NCBI RefSeq assembly: GCF_035084215.1
Contig: NC_090345.1
Coordinates: 33,666,001-33,730,000 of the forward strand
From: Heptranchias perlo
Taxonomy: Eukaryota
DNA length: 64,000 bases
Direction of reading: 5' to 3'
The translations under genes were made by a program, and so were the position numbers. Below are positions 1 through 13,059 of the stretch, one piece after another (the stretch's first letter is position 1; the number at the start of each line of letters is the position of its first letter). The notes under the pieces were generated by a model that saw only the letters and a program-made list of their open reading frames with translations, was not told where the DNA came from and ran no database searches.

Positions 1-1202
1 CTAGCAATACTATGATGGGATCTCAGGGCCTAGCAGTACTTTGAGATGGGCTCCCAGGGTTCCAGGAACACTGGACAAGGCTTTTTTTTGGAAAACTGGG
101 GCAGTTCCTGTGATTTGGGATTGCTGGGATAGGGATCCCAGGGTCTAGGAGTTTTACAGAAGGAGATCTCAAGGTCTGGGAGCATTGGGGGTCGACATGA
201 GTTTCGGAAACACTGGCAATGCAATTTAGAGGTTTGTAAGCACTCGAAGGATGTCACAGGATCTAGGAATGGCGGGAGAAAGTCTGAGAATGGAAATCAT
301 GAGGTCCAGCGGGTCTCTGGCAGAGGGTTTCGTACATTGGGGTTTGCTGGGATCTTGCAGTATTGGGGGAAGTAAGGTTTAACATCCTTGTGGTAGAGAG
401 GAGCCCAGGAGATGGGACCCAAACTGCTGTTGATCCCTTCCGAACTATCAGGCCCCTATCTGCCCACATGCTCCTGCATGTCAGGTATCCTTACCCCCAC
501 TTTCTCCATCATCAGCCAGTTCCTTTCTTTATATTCTTGATTTCAAGTATTTAAGTGTAAATTTTATACTTGTTGTACACTCCCAGCATGTAGCAGGACT
601 GTACTATTAGTAGCCCCAATTTTAACTCGGGGTGGCAGTGGTGTGGGCGGGGCCTGAGGCAGGTGGAAAACCAGCCCCATCTCAGCGGTTGTTTCCAAGT
701 ATTTATATAAAATAAATCATTAAGCCTCAAAATGGTTCAGGAAAGATTTTTTAACTGAATATATATAATCAAAAGTGTTAATTGATTTAAAGCAATCTAC
801 TCTCTATAAACAATTTTGTAGGCACTATGCGGCCTCCTAAGGACACAAAATGGCGTCCGGAATGCATGCGCACACTTCTAGCGTGACATGTGCTGGACGC
901 TATCTTGCTAAACGCATTTGCACACACGCAGATAACGAATGCCTTCATTATGTAAAGTGGGGAGAATATGCGGTAGATCAGTGTGCAATGCTGATGTAAA
1001 GGGACAGATGCGATTTTGGAACTCAACGCTCCAGCCAACGCACTGTCTTAACCTCACACAACTGAACAGGTCGTAAACAGCATGGAGAACCCTCCCACCA
1101 GCTCTATTTAAAGGGATCACGCAGGAGTTACAGGTTAGTTGCTGGATTATTGCTTCTGTCTGCTGATGCATTTGTACCTGTTTTTGGAGGTCTCCTATAT
1201 TT

Positions 1203-1476
1203 GAATAGTAGGACTAGGGGACATAGCCTAAAAATTAGAGTTAGGAAACACTTCTACACGCAAAGGGTGCTAGAACTTTGGAACCCTCTTCTGCAAATGG
1301 CAGTTGATGCTAGCTCAATTGTTAATTTTAAATCTGAGATTGATAGGTATTAAGGGATATGGGGCTAAGTGGGTATATGGAGTTAGGCCACAGATCAACC
1401 AGGATCTCATTGAATGGTGGAACAGGCTCAAGGGGCCAAATGGCCGACTCCTGTTCCTATCTTCCTATATTCCTAT
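1203..1476 (+). mobile_element. CR1 LINE 3' fragment
   Basis: SRTRGHSLKI...FYTQRVLELWNPL, followed by a CR1-type 3'UTR (gaatggtggaacaggctcaaggggccaaatggccgactcctgttcctat). Confidence 0.85.
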
Positions 1477-1479
1477 AAT

Positions 1480-2976
1480 AAAGTTTCAATACTCTACAGG
1501 GAATGGGCTGGCTAGCTGACAGGCAACAGCAAGGGCACTGGCAGAGTGGCAGGGGTGGGACAGGAACACTGTCATATTGAGAGAGGACAGCAGGTTCATG
1601 TTCCATGGAGCTATTGCCACTTGCTGCCTCCTGTTATGCGCCACCTCCTCCTGCAAGAAAGCGGGACGTGTGTCGGTGAGTGTCCTGCAAGATGTTTGGG
1701 TGATGTGCCTGTCATGGTTAAATAGCTGCCAGTGTGTGTGACCTGTGTGTTGTGGGTGTGCGGCTTGCAACAGTGGTAATGTGTGAGGGTGAGAGGAAGC
1801 ATCTGATTGGAAGAGTTGAGTATTGATTGAAATAATTTATTAGTATATGGGTGATGGGGGTGTAGTGTGTGGAACAGTGGATGTGGCTAGTGGTGTAGTT
1901 GGTAGGAGAGGCCACTTGACAGTTGACCTCACTCACCTTGACCACTCGTGTCAAAGCAATGAACTTTTTTTTTATTCGTTCACGGGATGTGGGCGTCGCT
2001 GGCGAGGCCAGCATTTATTGCCCATCCCTAATTGCCCCTGAGAAGGTGGTGGTGAGCCGCCTTCTTGAACCGCTGCAGTCCGTGTGGTGACGGTTCTCCC
2101 ACAGTGCTGTTAGGAAGGGAGTTCCAGGATTTTGACCCAGCGACAATGAAGGAACGGCGATATATTTCCAAGTCGGGATGGTGTGTGACTTGGAGGGGAA
2201 CGTGCAGGTGGTGTTGTTCCCATGCGCCTGCTGCTCTTGTCCTTCTAGGTGGTAGAGGTCGCGGGTTTGGGAGGTACTGTCGAAGAAGCCTTGGCGAGTT
2301 GCTGCAGTGCATCCTGTGGATGGTGCACACTGCATTGCATCCATGTTCGTGGTGCTGTGCACCTGGCATTGACTTTGTCCCCTACCGCCTCCCACAACAT
2401 TGAGAGCATATGTCTGGAGGGCTTCTTGCCCTCCTTCTGATATAGGATGCCCCTCCTTTTGTCCATCTCTTGCACCAAGGCCTCTAGTGCATCATCTGAG
2501 AACCTTGGTGCACGCTCTCACAGGCCTGGTACAAATTCAGATTGGCAGATTGGTGAGGTCTGGCGTGCAGATTGGAGGAGTGTGGGATTTAGTAGTGTGC
2601 AACCTTTATTCAATGTCTTAACATAACTCAACAGTTTGTAAACATAGGGAGGGGACCTGTATCTGTGTTTTATGTGTGTGATGTCTGATCTCCGTTCAGA
2701 CTCCATGCGGACCCGTATCTTATATTTTACAAATAAGAGGTGCAAGCTGCCTTTAAGAGGTGCAGGCTGCCTTTAAGAGGCGCTAACCACTTGAGATATC
2801 GGGGCCCCCTGGTGGTGAGCAGCCACTCAACAGCACAGCTAGGCCTGGGTGCTCGCAGCAATCATGTAAAACAACAGGCAGCAGGAGTGTTATGTGCTGC
2901 CTGCATCTCAATGACCGGGCGCGAGTTAATTGCGCACCATGACCCCGGTTTCGGGGGTTATCCAATATAATCCCCT
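1480..2976 (-). mobile_element. Harbinger-derived element with a Myb/SANT-like ORF remnant, split by a LINE
   Basis: LVQEMDKRRGILY...WEAVGDKVNARCTAPRTWMQC / KKFIALTRVVK|gtgagt; boundaries approximate. Confidence 0.7.
1968..2333 (-). mobile_element. CR1/L2-clade LINE 3' fragment ('HHHLL' family)
   Basis: YRRSFIVAGSKSWNSLPNSTVGEPSPHGLQRFKKAAHHHLL with A-rich tail; nearly the same sequence as 41860-42180. Confidence 0.85.
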
Positions 2977-4149
2977 ATGAGTTTTCCTTTCCAAACATCA
3001 ACAAAAAAAAACTACGAGTAGCTGCTGTTATTCGCAGTCATGTTTCTCACGTAACAGCTGTTCTGTATTTTTGTAAGGAGTTTATAATAGAAAAATACAA
3101 TTGTAATATATTTATATAAATTCATCACTTGTCTGAAATAAAAGCTTTGAGAATTCAATCTCTGTTTCTTTCAAAGTATTTTGGAAAAAGCAAAGAAACT
3201 GTCAAATCCTCACAGGATGAGAAGACTCACCATTCTTCCCTTCAACTTCCTGTTGATGCACAGATTGAATGCTGAGAAATTCTGCAAAATGCACATGCTC
3301 ACAAAGCATTGATGTGATTGCATGCGGAGGCCTTCAAGTAAAAATTATAATGAAGGCATTAAATGACACAAAGGGCAATTCAATCAATAAACTTAATTGT
3401 GTTATTGTGAATCTTTTTAATGTTTTGAATTTTTTGTTTTGTTTAAACTCTTAGTCTTAAATTTTCAATGTCAAAAATAAGTCCAAGTCAATACAAATAT
3501 TATTGACATAAACATAAAAATTATACAATTCTAAAAAAAATGACTAAAATTACCCATAAAATTACCCATAAAATTAGTTAATTAATGACATTTCCCCAGA
3601 TAGCCCAGCCCTACTGCTGAAGTGTGGGCCGAGTTAAAACTTTCACTTGTCCCTATGTGCTGAAATTTCTTGCTACTGTTGGCAAATTCTGCATGTGTGA
3701 GGAACTCAATATACGCACTAAATCAGATGTCCTATGTCACGTGACAAGGTAACAAGATCGAGTGAGCTCCAGTTCCTGTGGAGAAATTGTGTGTGTGTAT
3801 GTATGTGTGAGAGAGAGATGCATCAGGGGTATTGCAATTTTCAGCCTGCTCCTGTGGAACTGCAATACTCAAAGTGTACTGTAACTCAGGCAGAAAATTT
3901 ACAACTAGCAACTGTGAGGTATGAGTGGCAGAAAGAAACAAAAAAAAATCCTTTTTCCATTTTTTTTCCAGTGTAAGCCATTAGACACAAAAACTGTGTT
4001 AACAGTGTTGTTTGAGATGGTTTTTTCTTGTGTTGCACCCGATGTTTGCACCTGGACCAGAGGGAAATGTTTATGAGGTGATTTGATACTTACCTCAACC
4101 CAAATCAGTCAATGGTACAGAGAGGACATGGTAGGTAAGGAGCTAAGTC

Positions 4150-4340
4150 ATGCCTCCATCATTCCTACAGGATGCGAATGGGGAATAATGTCTTCATTTA
4201 CTTTGGTCAACTGTGTGAGGTCATTAAACTTGTGTGACAGTCTGTGGGGTGCTGGAGGTTGCACCGATTGCCTCGGCAACCTGCCTCCATAATGTTTGTA
4301 CCACTCTCTTATGGGTCTTCCAGTTCTCAGTCCCCCAGGA
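4150..4340 (-). mobile_element. Harbinger Myb/SANT-like remnant
   Basis: HKFNDLTQLTK|gtaa, the same motif as other copies in the window. Confidence 0.55.
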
Positions 4341-7300
4341 TTCCCTTCTCTGTAGCCCTCACTTCCGCAAGTAAAATATCGATGGATGCCACAGGAAGCT
4401 GCTGATCCTCCACCTCCCTCCCTCCCTGAGGCCGTTACTCCTTCACACATTCTGGCTGACTTTCCTTTCTTCTGTATATTTCCAGAATTCCCACAAGTGT
4501 TTGCTCCTTTATCCAGCTGCAGGATTTTTAATTACTTTGTTTCCCTCTCTCCCAGTGGTGATAATCCAATGACCAATGGTTTTACCATTGTAAACCCACC
4601 ATGCATACTAAATGAGAGATACTCCAGGAAAAAGCAGCAGGTCAGGAACTAGCACACAGAGGCACTTGAATCCCAACCAGCTCCCATTTAAACCTCGAAG
4701 TGAGACGGAATGGCTACTCAAATGGCTTCTGAGGGATTACACAGTGCACACCATTTACCAACACTAAGGGAGAGCCTTGATGTCACTCAGCCATGACACA
4801 AAGTAAGGGAATTATATTTGGTTCAGAGAGTTTCCTTCTGATTGTGTAGAATAAGGTAGCAGAGCAGCAAATGATAGATATAAATGATATTTAAGGAAGT
4901 GCAGAGGGCAATGTTGCAGAAGGTGTTTAAAGCCACTTTCTGGGTTACACGTGGTCCCTTAAAGGGAAACTTAGGCTGAATGTACCTGGGATGAGTGCCT
5001 AAAGTACCACTGCTCCTTGCTGCACTGGTGTAGTCGCAGCTTTTGATCAGTGTGTGTGTCTGTGTCCTGCTCTGGCCTTGATTTGATATTGGCTTCCTCT
5101 ATGTTTAGGTCTCTGAATTGCGTAGCATGCAGCAGATAATGACGATCCTGGACGGTTGTACTATAAGGTGCTCCTGACATCGGAAACACTACTTTAAGGC
5201 GCCAATGCCATGCGCAATAATGACCCTGGTAGTTCCATGGGCCTTGTTATATCTGCACTCTGCCTTAGTCTGTAGCTTCTGCAAGGCATCATTAGCCAGG
5301 ATTGGCCAGTTTTGTTTGGGTCCCACTATTGGAGTTGTACTGCATAAAATTGTCAGCAGTAAAACTGTGAACATCCAACATTCTGAAATCAGCATCAGTA
5401 ACCTCTTATACTTAAAAAGAGGAAAATATTTTTTAAGTTCATTTTCATCCAATTTAAGGAGTTTTTTTTAACCACAGGTTCAATTCCTCGAACATCTAGA
5501 GCTGAAAGCTTTGCAGTAACAGAACACTAAACTGCTAAGGATGTTATATCTGTGAAAGTTCACACCTTTTTCAAACCAGTTCAGGAAATACTTATTTGAA
5601 TGCTAGCTGCTGTATTTTAAGGAACATATGCAATCAGTGACAGTAATGGTGATGTAAAGGCACACCAACAAAGTCATTGCATAGTGTTCATAATATAGTC
5701 ACGTATCTTGTAAGCTATTTTACCAAAATAGTAATAGTAATAACGTAACAAAACTACTCATGTTCCCCAAAGAGTTTGCAAAAAGTAAGCCATTATTCTC
5801 TATTTTCTCCCCTCTTCTCCTGAAGGAACGGATTCTTTCTGGAATACAGTTTCACTGACAGTAGCGTTTCTTTAATACTTTGCCCAAGTGACCATCCTTC
5901 CTGTATGAGCCCAGGTAAGTAAGTTCTCACAGCGCAAATGGCGGGAACATTGGCGGTGGGGAGGGTGTAGGAGGAGGAAAGCCGAGGCCCGTAAGTCATG
6001 ATAGTAAAGATAAAGTTGGAGTTTAAATTACAGCCTTATACTCAGCCTGACACGGTGGCTTTTGTAACATTAAAAGTGTCACCTGCAAGAAAGCGGACTT
6101 CTGTGAATGCTCTTGTGCGTATATACATGACATAGGTCTTCTCTCTTCTCACAAGAGAATAGTGCAAGTAGGTTATTTAACTCAATGCTACCAGCTCACA
6201 ATTCCCTTCGGTGAGGCACAGTCCTCGCAGAGTAACTGGTATATTTGTCTAATAGTTCAGCTGTTTCAATTTTTGCTTCTTTCACTGTATTCCTTACGAG
6301 TTATCTAAATATAGATGAAACAATTGTATTATCTATGATTAATAGTGAAAGATTCAATAAAATGTACGAAATAATAATCTCTTGATCAGTTAACATGATG
6401 TCACTGTTGGATGCTCCATCCAAATGGATGACATAAATCTGCTAAATAATTTACGACGTTATAAACTAGCAATATAAGATCCACTATTGAGTCTCTGAGT
6501 CTACGTGTTGCATTATTCACAATAAAGGATACAGCTTATCTGATTTCTCATATCTACAACAATAAAAAATTTTGCTCACTAAAAATTTGCAAAGTCCAAA
6601 ACATATATCAAAAATATGAGCAAAATCCCACGAACTATGCTCACTATGACACAAATAAACAGAATTATTTATTGTATGAAATTTTAAGAACTTGAATATT
6701 GATATATTTTAATTGGTGTGAATATATTTTCCTCTTACACAATGTAAAATATAATGTTATATACCATAAATTAAACAAGAGCAATTGATTTCTAATGCAT
6801 CCTTGGAAATAATCTAGTTGTATTTTGTATGGCTAATAATTTTCTAAATTATATGAAACAGAAATATTTTACTTATATGAAAGCCGGCATAGCTACATAA
6901 TTAAAAGTCTGTGTTTAGTGTGCAACCATCACATCATGCCTTTGAAAAGCACCACACCTCATGTCACACTGCAAAACATCACACATCCGAAGGGTGAAAA
7001 TTAATGATTGGCTGAAAAAAAACCATTTAGCTGTTAAGCTAACAATCAAATATCCATTCAAAAAAAAATGTGAACAAAGCAAAAAGATAAAGTACCAAAC
7101 AGTAACCCAGCAGAAAACCGAGCAATCAAATCCCTTGCCTTTTTTCAAAGTTACCATTCACAAACTAACAAGTACTGCAACACCAACCTATCAAATTCCT
7201 CAGATACTTTCACACTATTTTCAGTTGCCATTTTCCTTCTTCAGTCAGGTCAATCTCTACAGCTAGAAATAGCATTTATAATCAAAACACATACATAAAA

Positions 7301-7341
7301 AACAGGTTTGGAGCATGTTATAATTGCTCCATTTTACTCAC

Positions 7342-7474
7342 CTTCTAAACCCGCCTGTTAAAGTCATAATGGCATCAGGTACACATTTGTGGACAATATC
7401 TTCGATAATTTGACCCACAGCATCTGCCTCTGCTTTCCTTACAGCACTATTGATGTCTTCATAGTATAAAAAAC
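7342..7474 (-). CDS. DNTT: TdT exon 7 (palm, start of the Pol X signature), 133 nt
   Basis: (G)FLYYEDINSAVRKAEADAVGQIIEDIVHKCVPDAIMTLTGGFR(R); acceptor ttcctctccttag, donor gtgagt. Confidence 0.97.
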
Positions 7475-8088
7475 CTAAGGAGAGGAAAGCTTCATTAAGC
7501 ACTTTGACGTGTGCCTGCATCTTGACAGTTAAACCCTGGTTAAAGCAGAAAGTTGAAAACACTGACCCTTACATTTTATATCCTGAAAACTAATTGCTTC
7601 ATCACAACAGCAGCGAACACTCTCATACAAACTAAAATGCTCAGAGAAGCAGGTCTGTAGGTTCAGTTTGAATGTATGGGTTTATAATTCAGACAGGAAT
7701 CCCAAGAATCTCTGGTTGGTCCTGTAAATCTAGAAATTCATCTCTCAACTTGAATTAAAACCCACAGCCTAACAACCTTGAAGGAGGTCGGACTCATGCC
7801 AGCATTAGATTTAATGTGTGACTAACTAGTTCAAATAAACCACACAGATTAACTTGTCCGATTTCTTCCGAATTGTGCGCAGTGTGTAATCTGGCCTGCA
7901 TGAGTAAGGCAGTGTTGTTTCATGCACGACCTTGTGCTTCCCAGGCAACAGAGAGAAGGGCAAAAGACAAACAATAACCTACTCGTGTTAGCAAAGCTTG
8001 ACCTCAGGCTCTTAAGTTAGAGGGCGTTATTAGGCCAGTCTTTATAGCACATGTCTACTAGTAATAATACTTTGAGTGCCTACTGGAA

Positions 8089-8750
8089 TCATAGGAACAT
8101 AGGAACAGGAGTAGACCATTCAGCCCCTCGTGCCTGGTCCGCCATTTGATAAGATCATGGCTGATCTGTGATCTGACTCCATATACCTGCCTTTGGCCCA
8201 TATCCCTTAATACCTTTGGTTGCAAAAAGCTATCTATCTCACATTTAAATTTAGCAATTGAGCTAGTATCAATTGCCATTTACGGAAGAGAGTTCCAAAC
8301 TTCTACCACCCTTTGTGTGTAGAAATGTTTTCTAATCTCACTCCTGAAAGGTCTGGCTCTAATTTTTAGACTGTGCCCCCTACTCCTAGAATCCCCAACC
8401 AGCGGAAATAGTTTCTCTCTATTACCCTATCCGTTCCCCTTAATATCTTATAAACTTCGATCAGATCACCCCTTAACCTTCGAAACTCTAGAGAATTCAA
8501 CTCCAATTTGTGTAATCTCTCCTCGTAACTTAACCCTTGAAGTCCGGGTATCATTCTAGTAAACCTACGCTGCACTCCCTCCAAGGCCAATATGTCCATC
8601 CGAAGGTGCGGTGCCCAGAACTGCTCACAGTACTCCAGGTGCGGTCAAACCAGGGTTTTGTATAGCTGCAGCATAACTTCTGCCCCTTGTACTCCAGTCC
8701 TCTTGATATAAAGGCCAGCATGCCATTAGCCTTATTGATTATTTTCTGAA
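8089..8750 (-). mobile_element. CR1 LINE 3' fragment
   Basis: [31 protein letters not shown]...; 3' tail cataggaacataggaac. Confidence 0.92.
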
Positions 8751-10740
8751 AATAATTAGGTCCTGAAAATCCACAAGCCAGTGAGCCTGATAATTACACC
8801 ATGATTGCGCCAGCTGGGAACCTCTGCAGTTGATCCCAGCGATCGTTCCAGGGTGAAGGGGATGTTCCCTACTTTTAATCCCATTGATTTGTGTGACACT
8901 AGGGGAGCATCTGGGGTAGCCATTGTATCAGAAAGACTAGGAGGTCAGACAGAGGAGTGCAGGGTCACGAATGCTAGGTTCCCCCTTTCCCCCGAGAAGG
9001 AACTTGTAGATGCCCCCTCCCTACAGCCCCTTTAAAAATTAAAATAAAAATTAGCTAAATTTTGGGGGGTTCAGGCCTCGATCCCTGCCTGGATCTCCAG
9101 GTGGTCCCCATATTCCACCAGTCGTCAGAGATACGCCTGATCTAACCACGCATACCTCTGCTGACCATACACTGGGTCTTTCTGAGCCTCAGAGTTATGG
9201 TAACTTGGACACAAAGTCAAGACCTGCCGTATATTTCCCAGGCACGGAGTATTGAGCCATGTCTCTGCACCATCTGCTTTGCCATTGTGCATCTGGGGTT
9301 TCCCCCGAGTGCCTGCACTTGCAGCACATGCAAACAATCAAAAGCCATGAAAATGAGGCAGAATACGTCTCACCTCACTTTTCTGGGTCACCTCTTTGGC
9401 AGACACCCAAGTGTAGTGACATCCACAATTAATAGGCCTTAATATTTCCCCCTGCCTCCCTCAGAATGGAAGACTGCGAGGGACAGGCAGCAAGGCCATG
9501 GACGACAAAAAAAAAGTAAGTGCCACATTTTTTCAGGGCCAGCAGGGAGACTACGAGGGCTGGAGGTCTACTGATTGCTGTTTGTGGACAGCAACCAGAA
9601 AGCCTCGAAGCTGGCAGTGATTACTGGTGCTGCTTGCCTCTGAACCCAAACAGCAGTTGGTTTTCTGCCCCCCATTTCCAGATACAAGCTCCTGCCAAGG
9701 AGTAGGCCTGGTCCTGGGGTACGTATGGACATTAAAGTGACCTGAACCTGGAAATACAATGGGGTTCAGGCCAGATCAGGTGGAGTGCGCTTCGGGTGTG
9801 TTAGCTTGTGCCTAGGTGGATTGAGGGGAGGAAATCAGCCCTACAATTTCCTGCTCAGTAGGCTGATTTATTTCAATATAGCAATGCAGGAATACAGACT
9901 GCAGCAGTTCCACCAAACAGAGTTACATTGGACCTTGTTTCAGTGCAGACCAATTATTCCAGTTCAGCTGTTTCATTTACCTCTGGATTCAAATGCATGG
10001 GGTTCTACCCACATGCTGCTTTATATAGTCCCAGCCCTTGTGCCCAATATGAACATTCTGATTCCCAGCCAGTTTGTTAGTCCCAGACTGACTGCACCAA
10101 TTATTGGATGGAACTTCTGTGCCCAAAGTAGTCATCTAGTCATCGACATGTTCAGCTTTATTAGAATATGAAGGTGGCCATTTCCATTCCTTATCTCTTC
10201 CTCTCGAATAGCTGGTACTTAGCTAAAACTTGTCACTTCCTATAGTAGGTCATGACTCTGGTTATCATGTTCCACTCTGCATTGCTTTTTCCATGTCTTT
10301 CTGCTGTAACCAAAGTCTATTTAGCCTCTCAGGTCCCTGTTACTGAACCCATTAATGTTTAGAACCAAAACCACTTAAGATGCTACAGATTCAAACAATG
10401 GTACAAATAATAAACATCAATGAGCAGAAGATAACCAATCATTTGACTCTGACTTGGCACTTTAAGGGCAACTCCTTTGAGAATGTAGGTAACTGCTAAT
10501 CTTTCTGTTATCATTAATCCTACACCTTACTATAATGATACCTCATCAGAATATCTGAAGAAATGGTTATAACCTTTGATGCTTTTCTTTTGATTCTATC
10601 AGTAAAGGTTTCTGTCATAGTGAGACTATTGCTAAAATATTAATATTTTACGATATATTCATCAGTTTATTTTTCTTTGGAGGATCTCATGTTAATTATT
10701 CAAATTATCAGACAGCCATGCTATTGTAGTGAAACACACT

Positions 10741-11422
10741 GGCCTGGATTTTGACATGTAGCCGGGAAGAGAGTGGGATGGGGTGGGGGGGTTGAGGGGG
10801 GAAGTTTCCCAGACGCGAAACCCGGAAGTGAAGTGAGTGAGTCGGAATGTGCGATCGTGCCTTAATTGATGGATAAACATTTTACTTCCAGGTTTCACGC
10901 CCAGCAGCCAGCCAGATTGAGAGGCTGGCTGTTGGGTGGGAAGGCCTGCGATAACAGGCCGCTGCTCGGGATCGGAGAGGAGGGAGGGAGACATCGTGGG
11001 CCGTGGAGGACATCGGAGGGGGGGGCTCGAGTATATGGGGCGGTCTCGGACATCGGGGGGGGTCTCAGGTATCAGGGGATCTCGGACATTGGGGGGGCGT
11101 CTCCAGCAACAGCGGTGGGGGGGGGGGGGGGGGGGGGGCGGGGCGAGGTCAGGCAATCATGGGGGTCCAATCGCAGCAGGCAAGCTTGTTGGGCCTGGAG
11201 GAAACACTCCTGGCCCACAAGCAGTATAATAAAGGCAAATACCTCATGATCCAGCCCTTTTCCAGCCGCAGGGGAGGAATGGGATTAACTGGACAAGCAT
11301 GGGCTCGATGGGCCAAATGGCCTCCATCTGTGCTGTAACTATTCTATGATTCTCGCCTCCTTTTCACTGGCGAGATTCACGAGCCCCAGGAAACCCGCGA
11401 TGGAGGTGTTAAAATTCCCCCC
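10741..11422. mobile_element. Harbinger-type MITE, same family as 17625-18717, with a CR1 3' tail inserted at about 11270-11352
   Basis: Ends GGCCTGGATTTT ... AAAATTCCCCCC; shares the block gcttgttgggcctggag-aaacactcc-tggcccacaagcagt; flanks ACT/AGT differ by one base. Confidence 0.7.
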
Positions 11423-12512
11423 AGTATATCAAATAACTAGCCAAGATCAAAAACAAAAGATCAAAGGGTTTTTCCTGAAGGCTCCAGTCAAATCTGAATG
11501 TTTCTCTCATCCTAAGTAATGGAGAATGTTGTAATGTGGTAAGAATATTATTCTATTTTACCATGATTATCAATATAATTTAATGTATTATCATTCTGTA
11601 AAATATGTTAAAACATGTTTGGTACACTACAAGTTTAAAGAGAAATTGAGCAATTGGAAGATTTAAGTACCAAATTAATTCAAAGATAACAGGCCGATTC
11701 TCTTTGTGGCAATGCTCTGGTGGGGTGGGACTCCCACTCATGTCTCCTGCACCACCTCAACCCTGATCCAGTTTCCCATGTGGAGGTAATTGCAAAAGCA
11801 TAGCAGGCACCAACCATGGAGAGGGAGCCCACCAGTACAACAAAGAAAAATTCTGGCAGTGCTGCAGTGCGTACACCACTGCATCACCCAAAGAGGCGAC
11901 AAGGGAACTTAAAAGGGGCAGAAGCGCCCTAAAGACAAAAGGGTAAACTTATTTTTAGGCCTCTGCTGATGCCAAGGCCTACACAGGTGAAGCATTGGGG
12001 CAGAAGCAGGGAGAGAGAGGGGCCTCTACATTTTTGTTCATGTAAAGAATTTTGGGGCCTTCTTGCCACTATCGCGGCCTAACGCCACCGACCACCAAAC
12101 AGTCCTGCGGAGCTACAGTAACCGGGGTGGATGGGTAGGAAATGGACTTGGAGGCCAGGTCCCACCAGCATTTACATGTAGTGGGCAGGGAAGGAGTGGC
12201 CAGCGATGATCCTGGCCAAAGCAGGAGGAGGGAAATCAAGGTCAAGTGACGGTCGGCCTCAGTGCTCCATATTCTTGCCATTTCACCACGATCCCATCCA
12301 ATTTTGGGCAGCATCATGGAGAAAAGTCCAGCCCAACCTGTCACTAATGCCCCATAAAGCTCATCACATGAATGCATACCACAAACAGTTTTGAACATGA
12401 CTTTGCTTTTGCTGCATAATTTAATGTGTATTTACTGTGGAGCAGGGAGGTAATGGAGAGAAAATCGAGGCAAACAGAATTATAGTAGTGCATATTTTAG
12501 ATCATTATGTTA

Positions 12513-12680
<168 letters not shown>

Positions 12681-13059
12681 CTACAATAAGATGCATTACA
12701 TTATCTGTCAAGGGTCATTGCTGCGCAACCTATTCTTCGTTATCATTCTTACATTGTTTTCAACAAATGCATCAAAATATTATAGGAAGACAAAGTGCGG
12801 TGAATAACTATGTAAATTTTTTCTGACAGAATTTTACTAAACTTGAAAAAATAGCTATTATAACCTGGTTAACGCTGTCGTCTTTGTCGCACATTAAATA
12901 AATTCCAAGGTTTCTATAGATTTACATATAAATTAATCAACTTCAATAACCTTGCCCTTGAGTGATAAGAAATATTAAGTGCCAAAGTCAATATAATTTG
13001 GATGCATGTATCCCCCCTTGTGTGCTAGTGGTCTTGATAGCCACATAATGACTATTTTA

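Noticed and set aside
6915-6960. Minus-strand peptide GAFQRHDVMVAH as DNTT exon 8
   Set aside because: It lacks the GHDxD catalytic motif, stops immediately and has no fitting splice sites. Exon 8 was not found in 1-7341.
7475-7562. Open frame upstream of exon 7 as a TdT 'long isoform' extension
   Set aside because: The only upstream AG with a good pyrimidine tract adds 61 nt (frameshift). The in-frame AGs (+15, +27) have no tract.
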